This document shows positions 13,030 to 29,197 of a DNA stretch of 64,000 nt, piece after piece. The notes beneath the pieces are model-generated. The model ran no database searches. It was not told the DNA's origin and was given only the letters and a program-made list of their open reading frames with translations. Each line of letters starts with the position of its first letter. Positions within the stretch are counted from its first letter, which is position 1. The translations under genes were made by a program, and so were the position numbers. The DNA is from Paramecium tetraurelia. Lineage: Eukaryota. The stretch lies in contig CT868574.1 in assembly GCA_000165425.1 (NCBI GenBank), positions 124,001 through 188,000 on the forward strand, written 5' to 3'.

Positions 13030-13543
13030 ATGCAAACCCCAGAATAAATCAAAGTGGAATCAAAAACCTGGAAAACCATCTATCCCCCTTACATTGATTC
13101 AACATTAACTACAGCATAAGGTAGACTCATAATATCTACAATCTAGGCAGAAGATTAGGAAAATCGAATTGTGTTCCTTATCCCTAATTGATGGAGATCT
13201 CTTAATGTCTGAGCTCACTTGGACTGAGACATGTGATTGATGTACTCAATTCATCTAATTAAGTAACATGCAGGATTTCCTAAGGATATCTTCAAATAAG
13301 GTAGAATTAAGGTTCGTCTCTATGCAGAGGACAAAAAGCCATACAACCCATAAATCAAATGCAGTATTATTTTACTAAATATCAGAACATACTCTATTAT
13401 AAACCATTGCAAAACTGATTAAATCAATACCAAACAGAAAAGTCGAAGTTCCTCCCTACATTGCATAAATGGAAATTGAAAAGCAGAATAAACCCCCTTA
13501 AAAAAAGCAAACATCAACTAAAAAAAAGCATAAAAATGGATGA
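13030..13543 (+). CDS. SRP19: Signal recognition particle 19 kDa protein
   Basis: WKTIYPPYIDSTLTTAQGRRLGKSNCVPYP...GRIKVRL...TLLQTIAKLI. Three introns (26, 22, 22 nt) give a 147-aa frame. Confidence 0.9.
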
Positions 13544-13626
13544 GATTGAGTTCAAGATTATTATATATTTTTAAGAAATTCAATTAATTTATTTTATCGT
13601 TATAATTTTGAGCAATAATTTAAAAA

Positions 13627-14497
13627 ATGAAAAATTATAATCCAAAGCAAAACAGCAAACCTAATCTAAGTAAAATTATAAATCATAAAAGCATAGATTA
13701 TTACAGATCTTCAACATTTGGAAGATATGGATAGACAGGACATTGAATAATAAAAAATACTGAAATTATAATTGTCCAGAATAGAAAATTTGAAAAAGGA
13801 GTATTCTAAAAAGGAGTAAGAAATTTGTAGACTAGAACAGCAAGTTGAATAATTCAGAATATATTATGATAAATATGAAAATGTGAAGAAACTTCTTGAA
13901 TCAGCTTTGGAATAACTAGAGAAAATTGAAAATTAGAATAAATCGCTATAGAAAAAGTTAAGTGACTTCTAGGAATCTTATGCCAAATTAGAATTAACAC
14001 ATCAAACACTGTTGGTTGATTATAATAATGTCATAATGGAAAAGGAAGTCAATCAGATCTCTCAAAATACCAATCTAAGATTAGAACTCAATGACCTAAA
14101 ATCATAATATAATCAAAAGATATAACACATGGAAGCAGAAATCTAAAAGTATAAACAAACCATTTAAGAGAGAGAAATGCAAAATAATAATTTAACTATC
14201 TAATTAAACACTTAAACAAAATAAATGTTATAGTATAAATAATAGTCTAAAAATGTGGATCTAATTTTGAAAAATCATTTAAATTCTACTAAATAACAAC
14301 ATAATTCTTATCATTAATCGATATGTGATACAGAAATTTATAAGGAAGATTAAACTCTAAAAATATTATGCTCTTAATTAACTTAGGATTATGATGAAGC
14401 TGTTAAGAGAATTTAATAATTTGAAAGGTAATTAACTGAATATAGAACAGAAAATCTTGAATTAAAGAAGTATATTCAATACTTAACTGATAAATGA
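13627..14497 (+). CDS. Coiled-coil hypothetical protein
   Basis: Heptad-rich Q/E/K/L open frame with a tiny intron near 13670 and TGA at 14495-14497. Confidence 0.7.
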
Positions 14498-14543
14498 AAT
14501 TATAGTAATTAACGTTTAAGTTTCATACGTAAAAGTATATATT

Positions 14544-15543
14544 TCAATTGTATAATTGTTTCATATATTATTCCCATTCTGAATTTGGAACTCCTTTCTT
14601 AACAACTTCATCATATAAAGAACTTATCATCATTTTATGGATTTTATTATTTTCTGGTATTTGGCTTTTGATTTTTATCACTAAATCATAGAATTCCCTT
14701 TTCGATGTATTTGTTTGGCTTTATTCTTAAGCTAATTATTTCAGGTAACAAACTTTGACTAGTTTCTTGACTTCAGGATCTTCATATTGTTTTGATAGCT
14801 GTCTCAATCTTCTAAAGGTATCATTGTTATCTGAGCTATTGAGTATTTCTTACAGCCAAATTTATCATCACTTAATAATCTGAGTTGGATCTCAATATTG
14901 TAATTAATTTTGATATTTTGTTATTAATAGCACTAACTGTCTAATTTGATATGATCGTACTTTCATCCGATTCAAAAGAATTATTGCTTTATTTTTAATA
15001 AAGTTTAATTGGTAGTGATCTTTATTTTTAAAAGCTTTCATATGAATTTATTTGTTGTGATTCTGTGTGGTTTTTGTAAATTTGTTACTAATCAGAAAAG
15101 GTCTTGGAATATTGGATATCCTTTTTCTCATTTGATTTAATAGTCATTTATTCCATAAACTCTCCTAACAATTTAACTATCTATTAAACCTCATCTGAGA
15201 CCTTCTCACCTTGGTCTACCATATTCATTAGTACTTGATATTCCGAATTGATTAACATTAAATCCTGCTTAATAACTTATCTTATAGAATTATCCTTATT
15301 GATGAGCATCTATGAGTATTTTTCCAATGAAGCTATTACTTTTTTCTTGAGTGAAATAGCTGAGTTAGTTAATTATTTATCGTTATCTGGCTCTTTAACA
15401 ATCTCTTGAGATCTTAGTAATATTAGTTGTTAATTTATTAAATCGTCAGTAAATTTCTCTTCTATTAATGGAATAGCAGAAATATCCAACAACATACTTT
15501 TTTCATTGTATGTTATTCCAGTAAAGTCTAGGAAATCTTGCAT
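14544..15543 (-). CDS. Hypothetical protein
   Basis: MQDFLDFTGITYNEKSMLLDISAIPL... to ...KGVPNSEWEQYMKQLYN* in the ciliate code. Confidence 0.6.
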
Positions 15544-16164
15544 ATACAAAAAGTTAATGAGATTTTGAAGAATAATTTATTATTTAATATTAGAATTATA
15601 ATAAAACGCATTATGATGTTTCAATATGAACTACAAGGATTATAATCAATAATTCTATAGTTCATCGTGATTGATTGATAATCTATAAAGAACTTGGATT
15701 GTACTATCAAAAATGTTTATTAATTTAGGGTGTGAATTTTATTTTTTATTTCTCCTCATGATCATAATGAATACAAAATGAAACACTTAATATTTCAATA
15801 GTTTGAATAGATATAAAGTATGTACTTTAAGTATTTTTATTATTGGTAATGATTATTTTTAATTATTTACTTTCTGTTTTGTTTAACTAAGTAGATATAT
15901 TATAAAATAAATTATGATATCTTGTATATAGATCTTAAATAAATATGTTTATTTTTAATATTTCAACATATCTTACATTTTACATAATGATTATATATCT
16001 TATTATCATATAATTTATGTTGAAGAAAAACAATAATCAAAATATCAAGTCTACACATCGCTAGTTCTAAATATGATGTAATAAAGACTGACAATTAAGA
16101 TTTTAGAGGTTAATTCTCAATTAATACATTACTATATATTTATTAATTATTATAATCATAATAA

Positions 16165-17009
16165 ATGTTGACTAAATTGCTTTTAAAGGCAAGACAGGCA
16201 AGATTTTGTGGTAATTATTAATAGCAGAATTCTTAGTTTATATCAAAAATTCAGTCAACTATCATGTTGCTAATAGCTAGGACCCTAATAGTAAATTTGC
16301 TAATCCTTAGTTCAATTCAAGCATTCTTGATTTTGATAAGGATCAAGAAAACAATGTGTAAATGCATTACTACCAAGGTATTAACTAATATAGTAGCAAT
16401 TAGGCAAATTTATGCCTGATGAATTGGATTGGACTGATGTCTGGGAAACTGCATATTAAAATTTTACTTAACCAGAATATTTATACCACTTTTGGTTTTG
16501 CGGTGTGTTGTATTGTTTTGAGCCTGAATGGACAATTAATTATCCATATGAAAAGGGTCCACTTTCACCACTTTTTAGAGGAGAGCATGCATTAAGAAGA
16601 TATCCAACGGGTGAGGAAAGGTAATTTTCTTGAAATATAAAACATAGATGTATTGCTTGTAAATTGTGTTAAAGTGCTTGTCCAGCCAGAGCTATTACTA
16701 TAGAAACAGAACCAAGACCGGATAACTCGAGGTATGTTAATGATTTGATGTCTTTTAAGACGTACAGTACGTTACGATATTGATATGACTAAATGCATTT
16801 ATTGTGGATTTTGCTAGGAAGCCTGTCCTGTCGATGCAATAGTTGAGGTATTATAGATTATTAATACCCCTAAGGGCCCTAATTATGAATACACAACATA
16901 TCAACATGAGGATTTATTTTATGATAAGTTTAAGCTTCTTGAGAATGGAGATAAGTGGGAACCTCAGATAGCTAGAAACATTGAATATTTAATAACAAGA
17001 AAATATTGA
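16165..17009 (+). CDS. NDUFS8: NADH:ubiquinone oxidoreductase TYKY / 23 kDa Fe-S subunit
   Basis: [46 protein letters not shown]...[27 protein letters not shown], with two 4Fe-4S motifs. About six tiny introns. Confidence 0.97.
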
Positions 17010-17050
17010 TTTATTATTTCAAATAAAAAAGATAAAAATATTGTATAGGA

Positions 17051-20000
17051 TCAATTTTATAGTCTAATATCTTATTAAATAAAGCTAATTATGTAGGCAT
17101 TTTCCACTAGTCTATCATAGGGGAGCAGAGTTAGCAGCCTCTTGCTTTATTGATAGGAGTGTCTCACCTTTCTCATGGAGAGTATCATGATTATCATTGA
17201 TATAGTCATAAGCAGTCCTGAAAAGGCTACCATGATGATGTTTATGTCTATGTTATTTTAGATTTGTTCTTGGATTTGATTAGTTAATGTCGAGACAATC
17301 ACAAAAAATCCCATTGAATCATATAATCTCTCAATCTATGAAGTGACTTAGTAATAATTGGATATCAAATAGTCTTATGAACTGTTACCAACGATGTCTT
17401 GGAAAAATCGTAATTATTAATCGCAGAGGTCAGCATAGGTCACACTCAATCCTCTCATTAGAATTGAATAGCTTGTACATTGTTCATAAGAAAAGAGTTC
17501 ATCATAAGCCTGAAAACCGGACCTTACATCTTTATGTTTATAGTTACAATGAGTAATTGAAAATGTCACAAGCAGCCTTTGTAACTATATTATAGATTGT
17601 TTGATCTTATTAATAAAGAGACAACTTCTTCTTTAGTTCTGTAAGCTTAATCACAGTTGAATTTTATATAGCAATTTTATCTGCAGTAATGTTCGTATTA
17701 ATAAATACAGCCGTTTAAGCAAAGGCTTGAGTTATTTCGTGATAAGCTTTGGAGAATAAGATTTTATCATTGAATTCTGTGATTATGGAGTCGATTGTAT
17801 TATTGTGCAAGATATAGCTACCAACAAAGTAAACAGAACAAACTACTATCAATATCAAAACAAACAAGAAAAAGATTATTTGTATTGAATTATTCTCTAA
17901 AGCAAATAACAATAATATAAATACTGAGCTATTTAATTCTTTTTCCTACTTTCTAATATTTTTCCAGTAATGCATGACTATTCTACCTCATGAAGGCTTT
18001 ATTTATCACAGAATCAAAGCTTTCTTCATTTGTTTCTCCTCTCCTAAACTTGGAGGAATTCATTAAGGAATAGAGTGTAGAAAATATTATATACTACTCT
18101 TAGATCACATCAGTTGTAAAAGTACTAAATAGTTTATATACTTTAGTTTTCATCTAAATAATTTCTACGCACTTATAGGCATACCACGATATAAATAAGA
18201 CGAGCGCAATTTCTTCAGCTATAACTCTATAAAACATAGTCATAAATAATATTATTAGTTTACATATACTAAATATTCGTTATATTCTAAGTTGTATCGG
18301 ATTAATACAAGACTTGAACAATCGATTAGAAATCCTTAGTATTGCTCAGATACTCAGAATCATTCACAATGCTGTTTTCTTACATTAAATTAGCCATCTG
18401 TTGAATCATATCCACAATCTTCTACTTTAAAGGTTTGCTTAGTATATTTGATATTTCTGGTATATTTTATAAGGTTTTGTCAATATTTTTAATTTCCTAC
18501 TGAAAGAAATCTAAACCTATCTATTATAGCTCATGAAATTGGAAACTGCTTTAATGATTTTTGTAATAGTGTGATATAATAAATTCGTTATAAAAGTAAG
18601 ACAATTGATATGGTAAATTCTAATTAAGTTAATTCAATTAAACTTATTCATAATTATTTTAAAAGACCAAAAAATTGACTACATATGAACCAATTATTAT
18701 GCTATAAAATATAATTAATATGATAGCCAATTTCTTATGAATAATTGTCTAATCGCTAATGCATTCTTTCATTTATCTCTTCAATGATGTTTGATTATTT
18801 TGTGAAGACCTACTCCCAATTGACATATTGTTCTGATTTTGAAACTTCCCTTATCTTTCTATTTCATCTAATTTAATAACAGACGTAATGATTTATTCAT
18901 CTTATTATTATAATTATTATTCTTGAAGTAAAAATTCCTCATCTTATGCATATTAAATTAATTAGATTTGCTGATGGTTTGTAGTGTTTGTAATATTAAC
19001 AGTGGCTAATTGATGTTTGACTTCATCGATCATACGCTATTCTTCCTATAAGAGATCATATTCTAGATCACAATCTATTACCCAAGGAGAATTTTGTATA
19101 CTTAGTTATTCTCTGTAACTAGTTGTATTTTGAAATTATGAAATATTAAATTACTAATTTGTTCTGCCTCTTAACTAAATTATCTATTTACTGGTAATTT
19201 TTTAATTAGGGAGCAATCTAAAATCCTGTAATTCTAAGATTACTAACCTAATCGATTATTAATACAATATACTTCAAATTTATGGTGACTAAACTCATGA
19301 CATGTAATGAAACTTGATATATAGCATTTTCTGTTGGTTGATTTTCAAAATTCCTATAAATCTACTTTTGAATATAATTTTTGGAAATCCCCTTTGAAAT
19401 TTAGGATTGAGACATACTCCTACATTAGGATACCATAGGAATAATAAACTAGCATTCAAACTTTTTGTCTAATCTCTCAAAATTTTCATCATAGATTTCA
19501 TCCCAAATCTTAGCTAAATCTGGAATAAAAAATAAGCAATCTAAGCCTCTTAATTGTCCTATTTGTATGCCTAAGTTCTTTTGAAACATTTCTTCAAAGA
19601 TATTTTATGTTATTTCCTCTATCTATCCTTTCTCATTCAACATCATATATCCAAATGTTAAATTCACTGGAGTAATTAAGGCTGTAGCTCCAAACTCTGT
19701 TGGACTAGTCTCTATTCTCAACCTTGTATTTATAGGCACCAAAAATTGTCCCTTATTCTTCCCTAAGATCACTCTGACTTCAGATCGAACAACTATAATT
19801 CTCCCTCTCTCCACAAAATTATCCAAATATTTATCATGATCATCTGCTATTATCTATGGCATGAATCTATGAATGTTTTGATCCTTTATCTCTTCATCTT
19901 TAAACCCTATTGCTTATTAGAATGATCTTGTGTATCTTAATACATTTCCCCTTGGTTGCAATAATGTTATTTAAATGACACAACTTCCAGGGTCAAAGAT

Positions 20001-21964
20001 AGTCTTCTCAATAGAATGCATAAATTATTGAACCAATTTCCCTTCTTATCTATATAATTTGGGTCTAGATTTATTAAATTATAGATATTTTGAAAATACA
20101 TTATACAAAACATCACACTCATTTGAAAGTGGATTTATTTAAAATGCATTTTATAATTAGGTTTCTACAAATTTAATATTCTTTAATATATTAAATCCAA
20201 TTAATACTAATGAATCAATATCAATAGTTGATGTTAAGATTAATCCATACCATTCCTAAATATAAAAATCATTTTACTTTAAATTGACGAACAATAAAGA
20301 TAATGTTTTATTTAATCACAGATAATGATTCTTCATATTAATACACTCTTTTGAAAACATATTTCTAATTCTTTAGATCGTTTTTCTTTACTAGATTATC
20401 AAATTCTTCTAATGCATCATATTTCAACTTATAAATAATTGCCTTCTCTTTCAAAGCCATTTCCTTTATAATAATTAAAAAGCTTACTTAAGTTGACAAT
20501 GAAAGTCGAATCACTTCATAAATTGCTTGAGTAGGTAATTTTTTGACTTAAACAAGAAAGTAAATGTATATCAAGGCTAAATAAGTATCCTAAGTTTCAA
20601 GAATCTCATCTTCTAAAGTTTAAGCAATCAATTCTTTAGCAAACAATTTCATTTCATCAATTGAATCAAATCTAAAATTATCTCTATCAGCGAATTCTTC
20701 ACAAAAACATTTAAATTTCATCTTGATTTGCTTTTATACTTTCCTTTCTCTATTCAATGAACAATATCTCAGATGATTTGTAATGAATGAATACATAGCT
20801 AAAGCTTCTAATGGATCTAAAGATCTTTGCTCCTTCTTTAATTTAATTTATTTTTTGAACAGATAATATATTACTCTGAGTTGCTTTTCCACAGATTATG
20901 AGGAAAAGTTTAAGGACTTTAACTTCTATCTCTCAATTATGATTTTGAGAATATAAGATACAAAAGGGTATCCAAAGAGCATTAACCCTATTAGATTTAA
21001 ATCAAATCCTATATGTCTGTACTATGCAATCAGCAACGTAATTTAGTATATCAATATATAGCATGATACATGTAATTATAACCTTGAAAATTGTATTTCA
21101 ACAAATATTAGCTAATTGTAACTCATAATGATATTGACAAATAAAAATATAATGTAAAACACTTAAATTATGATGGATTAGACTTCTAAACCTAAAAGAA
21201 TTATAAGTAATGTTTGAAAAACAAAAATAATATGGACCTTTTATGTATTAAATGTTCCTAAGAAGTCCTATTTTTTCATTTTGAACTCAAAACCATGGAG
21301 ATCAATAAAAAAGCTAAAAACCAATTACAGTGTGATCGACAAAACACACACAATAGTAACAAAATGCATGAACTAAGTAGGTGAGTCTAATAAAAACAAT
21401 TTATACTTATCATAGAGTAGTATGATAGAATATGAAAATGGGAGTATTGGAGTGGAATTCTAATTATTGGCTAATATAGTTGCAAGTATATGGAAATGAA
21501 TTTTTTAATTTTCCTGTTTTTTTCAATTTATTTTGTTTAATTCTAAATTATCAAGCTGATATTTACAAGTTCGAGAGGCATTTCAAACATTTGTTAATTC
21601 TTTTTTATGATAATGCCTGTATTTGCAATTAAATTCATAAAAAACATAGATGTAAAAAATGTCAGCACAAATCCTAAACTCATATATACAATATGCACTT
21701 CAATATATTCACCTATAAGTGGATAAACCCTAAAATTTGAATATCATGAATTAAAAACCGAAACAAATTAAATATTGAATGAATGGGCTTGAAATAATTT
21801 GCGTTGTTGAGTATATTTATTGATTAAGTTATCAAAGAATACAACTAAATATTTTCCATTATTAGTAACACCGTAGATAATTCAAAAGACTTTCTCCATA
21901 ATCCTTTTATAGTAAGGAACTGTTGAATGTAAAAGATTTTTGCTTATAGAAGAAAACTTCTCAT
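17051..21964 (-). CDS. Large multi-pass membrane protein with PAS-like segment (ciliate-expanded TmcB-like family)
   Basis: N-terminal TM cluster. Central IHRFMPQIIADDHDKYLDNFVERG...ILGKNKGQFLVPI (PAS-like). Later TM segments and the C-terminal LLTLLPYDRLVENAYI motif. Confidence 0.75.
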
Positions 21965-23316
21965 TCACTTTTATTATGAGGCAAGAATTTAAAATTATTT
22001 TTAATGATTATTAATATATATTTGTATTCTTAACCTACTTCTGTACTTAGCTAAAATTATTGTAAATAACAATTACGTAGTTTATTTACATCACTTCACC
22101 ATTTATTAATATAAGACTCATTATTAAGCACAAAATAATAAAATCAGAAGATTTAAAGAATAAAAATATTGAATAATTATTATAATTAATAATAATTTAT
22201 TTATTTTTGTACGCTTTGGCTGTAATCGATCTTGTAAATAATTCAAAAACACTATTCAAATTAGACGCACTTACATGTTAGTTGATCAATCAGAAAATCC
22301 TGGTTCTTTATTATATTATCCGACCAAGTATATATTTGGTGGATTAAATATAATTTTATAATAAAAAGTTCATAATTAATTAATGGTGAAAAGGCAGATA
22401 TGATTATAAATTTCATTATTATCGAAGACATTCAAAGATTAAACTACAACGAATTTATTAACTAATGAAAGATAAAGATAATAAGCTGATTATAAACTAA
22501 ACTTTCTCATAGTTTTCTTTAATTAGTAACATAATATCATTTTGAGATCTTAAACAATATATTAGGTTATCTTTTCCTCCAAGTCAAAAATATCTAAAAT
22601 TTAAATCCAATGGTTTATTTCATACTTTCTTACTATTTAATGAGCTATTTTCATTATCTTTATAGTTTTGTTTATTTAAATATAAATATAGAATATTTAA
22701 TAGACGTGGTTCCTTACCTATCATAAAAAAATGAGTCATAATGCTTAGGCATAACTACTTATCCATCTCTTAGATTATTAAAATGTGATTCCCTATAAAG
22801 ATTTCCATTAACAAGTTACAAATATCTGATTTTTTAGTGTTATAATAATAAACTTGATGTTTCATTGTTTACCTTCAAATTTCCATTATATATCTAAAGA
22901 GATAGGTAAATTCTCCTAATAAGCAGCTTTTGAATCCACCAAATTTTCTCTAGCTTAATTGAGTTTTCCTTTTGATTTTAATATAGAATTCAAATTTCAT
23001 TCTTCTTAGCAAACTAAGAAATAACTTCAAACATTTTGTGAAATAAGATTTTGGTATCAAATCCTAAAAATTCTTAATTATTTTGAGGATGTTTGAAAGA
23101 CTTAAGTATTTTCATAAATTTGTATGGATATTCAATTATTATTTACTGTTTCCAATAAACTTATCTGTTTATTATTCATCTAGAATAGAAATCAGTTAAG
23201 CAGGGTGTAAACTACTTTCTTTGAAAAAGCATTGAAAAATATATCTAAGTTTATTTTTTTATGATAAAATATTGAAAAATAAATTCATTATTAAATTTAT
23301 CATAAAATTGTGAAAA

Positions 23317-24625
<1,309 letters not shown>

Positions 24626-24760
24626 ATTCAATTTGTTATCACTTAAATACATTTATTTATCTATTTGCATTCTCTGGGCTTTGATTATCAAGTTATCGAA
24701 CGCGTACTTTCATTAAGTTTATTCTTAATATAAGTGATTAATATAATTATAAAAATTTGA

Positions 24761-26264
24761 ATGGCATCAACTAATTAAACATAAAAAGACGTACTCAAAT
24801 TAAAACTATAAAATAGAAATACAAAGGAGAATTCCAACCTTTGAATAAGGTCAGACATGGATTTGGAACTTATATATATGAAAATTCTTTTTTTACTTAT
24901 GAAGGGTAATGGGAAAATGGAATTAAGCAAGGTTAAGGAATTTTGAAGATGAAAGATGGCAGTTATTATTAAGGAAATTTTGAAAAGGGAGAAATCGAAG
25001 GTCATGGAGAATTTCATTATGCAAATGGATCAATGTATGTTGGGGAGTTTCATTAAGGAGAGAAGCATGGATAAGGGGTTTTTTCATCTGCAAATATGAC
25101 TTATGAGGGACAATGGCATCTAAACTGCATGTAAGGAAGTGGAATCTTGTAAACACCTATATACAGAATTGAAGGAACTTTTTTATAACACAAACCTCAT
25201 GGACATTGTAATTATTATTCAGAGGAGTATAATTATATTGGAGAATTCGATAAAGGTAAAAGATCAGGAAAAGGAAAGTACGAAAGCAATTTAGAAGATT
25301 ATGAGGGAGAATTCTTAGATGATAAGAAACATGGCTCAGGCATTTTAGTCAAGAAGGGAGATTATCCATATTATTATGCTGGGGAATTTCTTTAAGATAA
25401 TCCTACATGTATGGAATTTTCATTTACTATTTTTAGTGCAAGCCAATAAACTCAATTTTAAATTAGATCCACAACCAGAAGAACCCATAGATCCAAAAGC
25501 AAAGAAGGGAGAACCTGTTATTGATTTAACTTAAGTGTTGGTTCATGAATTAAAGTCAGGAAAAACTATCAATTTTGAACTCTACTTAGTTTATTAAGGA
25601 CCAGATATTGAGGATCCAGTTCAACCGACATAATAAGAGATTGATGAAATGGTTAAGAATTGGTAAAAGGAGGCCAAAAAATAAAAAAATCCTCCACCCA
25701 TGCCTGATTTTGGAGCTAAGAGAATGATACCTTCTCCGCCTGTTTAAATCAAACAAGAATCAGGAAGAATCTTAGAATTAAAGATGAGTAATTTATGATT
25801 TTTATTAAAAGTTTAAAAAACTGATTAAGGAGATAAGCTATTCAGAATTGATTACAGAGAAAAGTTGGCTGTTAGGAGGGAAGAAGTAACACGATTGAAA
25901 GCAGAAATTGAAGCATAAAAGCAATTAGAAGAATAATAAGCTTAATAGCCTGTTAAAAAGAAGGATGCTAAGAAACAAGCAAAGAAATAACCTGAGCCAG
26001 ATCAAATAGATTTATCTGTCAAATTATTTGTTGAAGGAGACAATGAACCTTTGACTGTTGAAACAAAGGAGGGAATGGTCAGAATAGAAAATTTAGAATA
26101 TCCTGAAGATTTTCCTCCTGGCAAATATTATTATGGTATTGATCTCTTTTACCTTAGTTATTTCTAATAAATCAACAAATTCAATAGGTGATTTTGTGCC
26201 AATTGAGATCGAAGTAATTATCAATCCAGAAGGTGGTCTTAAATAGTAGCCAAAAAAAAAATGA
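24761..26264 (+). CDS. MORN1: MORN-repeat protein, MORN1-like
   Basis: [44 protein letters not shown] MORN repeats, and a downstream ESGRIL motif resembling animal MORN1. Confidence 0.75.
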
Positions 26265-26485
26265 TTCTATCATAAATTATTTTAAAAAGTATATCTCCTA
26301 TATCCAGATTAATTAATTAATTCGAAAAGATGGTTTTTTGTTAATTCTGTTTTAATTTGAATTCTGCTGTTTCTAAGATAAACAGATATTCAAAATCCTA
26401 TTCAAATGAAATATTTAAAATGAATATAAGTATTAGTTGATATGCATAAAAACACCAAAAAATGTGAAAAATTATATCATTGATT

Positions 26486-27513
26486 TCATTACTTTTGTCG
26501 CTTAAAAAATAACACAGTGATTTACTTGAATTAATTAATGAATTCTGGATAATTCGCTTTGTGGTACTATCACTGGCTTTAATTTTTTATCCTAAAATGT
26601 GAAATAGGTTTACTTTTTGATTCATCACACTTGAAAATTAAAAGTGTTGCACTAAGGCTTGGCGACCTTGGATTCTGGCATACCTCAACTCACATATCTA
26701 ACCTTTATGCAAAGTTACTTACTTTTTCGCTATTGAAGTGTGGCCAGCCATTATCATGAAAGTCTTTGTAAAATTACACAATATAAAGTGGGTGAATGAA
26801 ATTTATGAATGCATAGCCCATGTTACATTTATTCTAAATTTAGTATTTTTGTTGTAATTACCTTGAAATCAATGGGGAGATACAAGAAATCGTATGAATC
26901 GTGATGTTTAAGGTCGATTAAATCTTACAACATTTAGACTGTGTATTTGTTGGGTATGTTCTTGATCATAATTGTTGTTCTCTCATCAGAATAATTAATG
27001 ACATCCTCGAGTCTAACAACAAAATAATGAGATTCCTCCTCGGAGATAGTCTTTCTTTTTCTCCTTTCTGTTTCTGAGCCACTAGTCAACAAGGATTGAC
27101 GAGATGAGCCTAATTATAGGCAAGGCTCATTGGAAATCTCGGTGGAAAGATTAGAGCCCACTTTTTAATCAAATGATTTGTTGTTGAAGACTTGAGAGAT
27201 CTATTCCATTATTTGATCAGACCCTAGACTATTTTCTTTCTTATAGAGAATCACTTTAGGTTCTAGAGATTTTAACTTATATATTGAGATTACCTGCAAA
27301 CATTTTAATTGCCCTGTCGATAGTATCACTATTTGACTTGCTTTCTTAACTCTCCTTGCTCTCATTTGACATGTTGTTAGTTATTCTCTCAATTTCGTCG
27401 AATAATTCTTATGAACTATGGTCCTTTTATTTTGATAAGATTTCATTTAAATCTCTGTGATTTCTAATACATTGCAAGATCTGTTCCTAATTTAAACGTA
27501 TCTGCTTGTCCAT
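26486..27513 (-). CDS. Mei2-like RRM protein
   Basis: DERTTIMIKNIPNKYT...[23 protein letters not shown]...WPHFNSEKICELRYARIQGRQALVQHF is the Mei2 C-terminal RRM. Confidence 0.92.
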
Positions 27514-27565
27514 TAAAATATTAAATTTTATTTTTTTTAGTATATTTTTATTTAGCAGTCTTCAA

Positions 27566-29134
27566 ATGGTATTGCAGTATTAAGATTTTTGAGTCATCCA
27601 CCAAACAGAGTGTAGGTACATTCAATAATCAATCCAAGAAATAGAAAATGACAAAAAGTTATTTTTAAGGAGATCTTTCATAATCAGACATGATAGTGTT
27701 GACAGAGTCCGAATTGAAGAGAATTAAGGTATTTTGAAATAATTGAAAATAGAATCTATCAGTTATTACAACAAAAGAGGAGTAATTACAACACAAAAGG
27801 TTGATGGAAGAATAAAAAGAGAAATAGTTGGCAGCTGCCTAAGCAAAAAAATAAAGAATGTTATAGATTGAAGAGGAGAAGAAGAAATCTATTCCACTGA
27901 GTTAACAAGAGCAAGAAGACAAATTTGCCAAGGATTCCTTGTTATCAAGAGTTTTATAATATATTTATGTCATTAGGCATAGGAAATAATAAATGAACAA
28001 ATTGATGATGTCAAAGAGATGAATAAAATGGTCATGTACGCTAAATGTGTTACAATCAGAGATAAATAACTGTAAGAAAAAAAAGAGTTATATGATCAGT
28101 ACAAAATGCAAGAAAAACGAAAAGACTTGATGATGGAAATAGAGAGACTTAGAGCAATCAAATTTCATGAGGAAAAGGATCAGAAATAAAAACAATAATT
28201 AAAACATGGACATGAAATCATAATTGAATAAATTAAAGAAAGAGAATTGATAAGATTGAAAGAAAAGGAAGAACAAGAAAGAGAAGGACAGATTATGCTT
28301 AAATAAATTAAATAATTATAATAGGAAGAGGTTCACAAGACCTAACTAAGAAAGAGTCAACAAGCTAAGGTGCAAGATGAGATTCTTGTGGCCAACCACA
28401 AGGCAATTTTGATCAAAGAAAAGAGAATACAAGAGGAGAGAGACGAGGAAGAGAAAATATTATAATACAATCTATAAAAGGCATAAAAGGAGGCTGAGTT
28501 CTTAGAAGAGTAAAGAAGAATTAAGGAAGAGAAAGAAAGAGAAGTGTAGAGATTGAGAGAGATGTAGGAGAAGGCTCAAGATAGAGCAGCTGAATTAGAT
28601 CTATTAAGAGCGAAAAGAGCAATGGAACAAAATGAAAGATAAGCCAGAGAGAAAGAAAGAAGAGAATTAGAGTTGAAGATGAAATTAAATAATGAAGTTA
28701 CAGAAGCTAGAAAGTTATAACAAAAGGAGAAGTTAGAGAGATATTAAGAATAAGTAGATTATGTATTATTATTTTAATAGGCTAAATTAGAAAGAGACGA
28801 ATTCCAAAAGGTTATTTAGAAACAAAAACAAGAAAGGGAAAATGAGATGAAAATCCTATAGGATAAAGAAGCACTAAGAAAGAAACATGCAGAAGAACTC
28901 AGAAAATAAATCATTTAGAATGAAGAGAAAAGGAAGTAGGAGGAAAGAGACAAGTATTTTTTAATATTTATTGTTAGGCTTGAGGAAGGAAAGAAAATCA
29001 AAGATAAATTGAATTAAGAAAAAAGGCTTTTGGAGAGCATTAAGGACAATAAACTTAAGGATCTAAACGAAAAAGCAATACCTGATAAGTATAAAGCAGA
29101 ATTAACTAAGAAAAAAATTAGTATTAATATTTGA
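27566..29134 (+). CDS. CFAP45: Cilia- and flagella-associated protein 45 (CCDC19)
   Basis: DDVKEMNKMVMYAKCVTIRDKQLQEKK...LMMEIERL and QEKAQDRAAELDLLRAKRAME within a trichohyalin-like coiled coil. Confidence 0.88.
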
Positions 29135-29197
29135 TTGTTCCATTTGCTTATTTATATTAAATTATTATTTACACAACTTCATTCCTAAGAATTTAGA

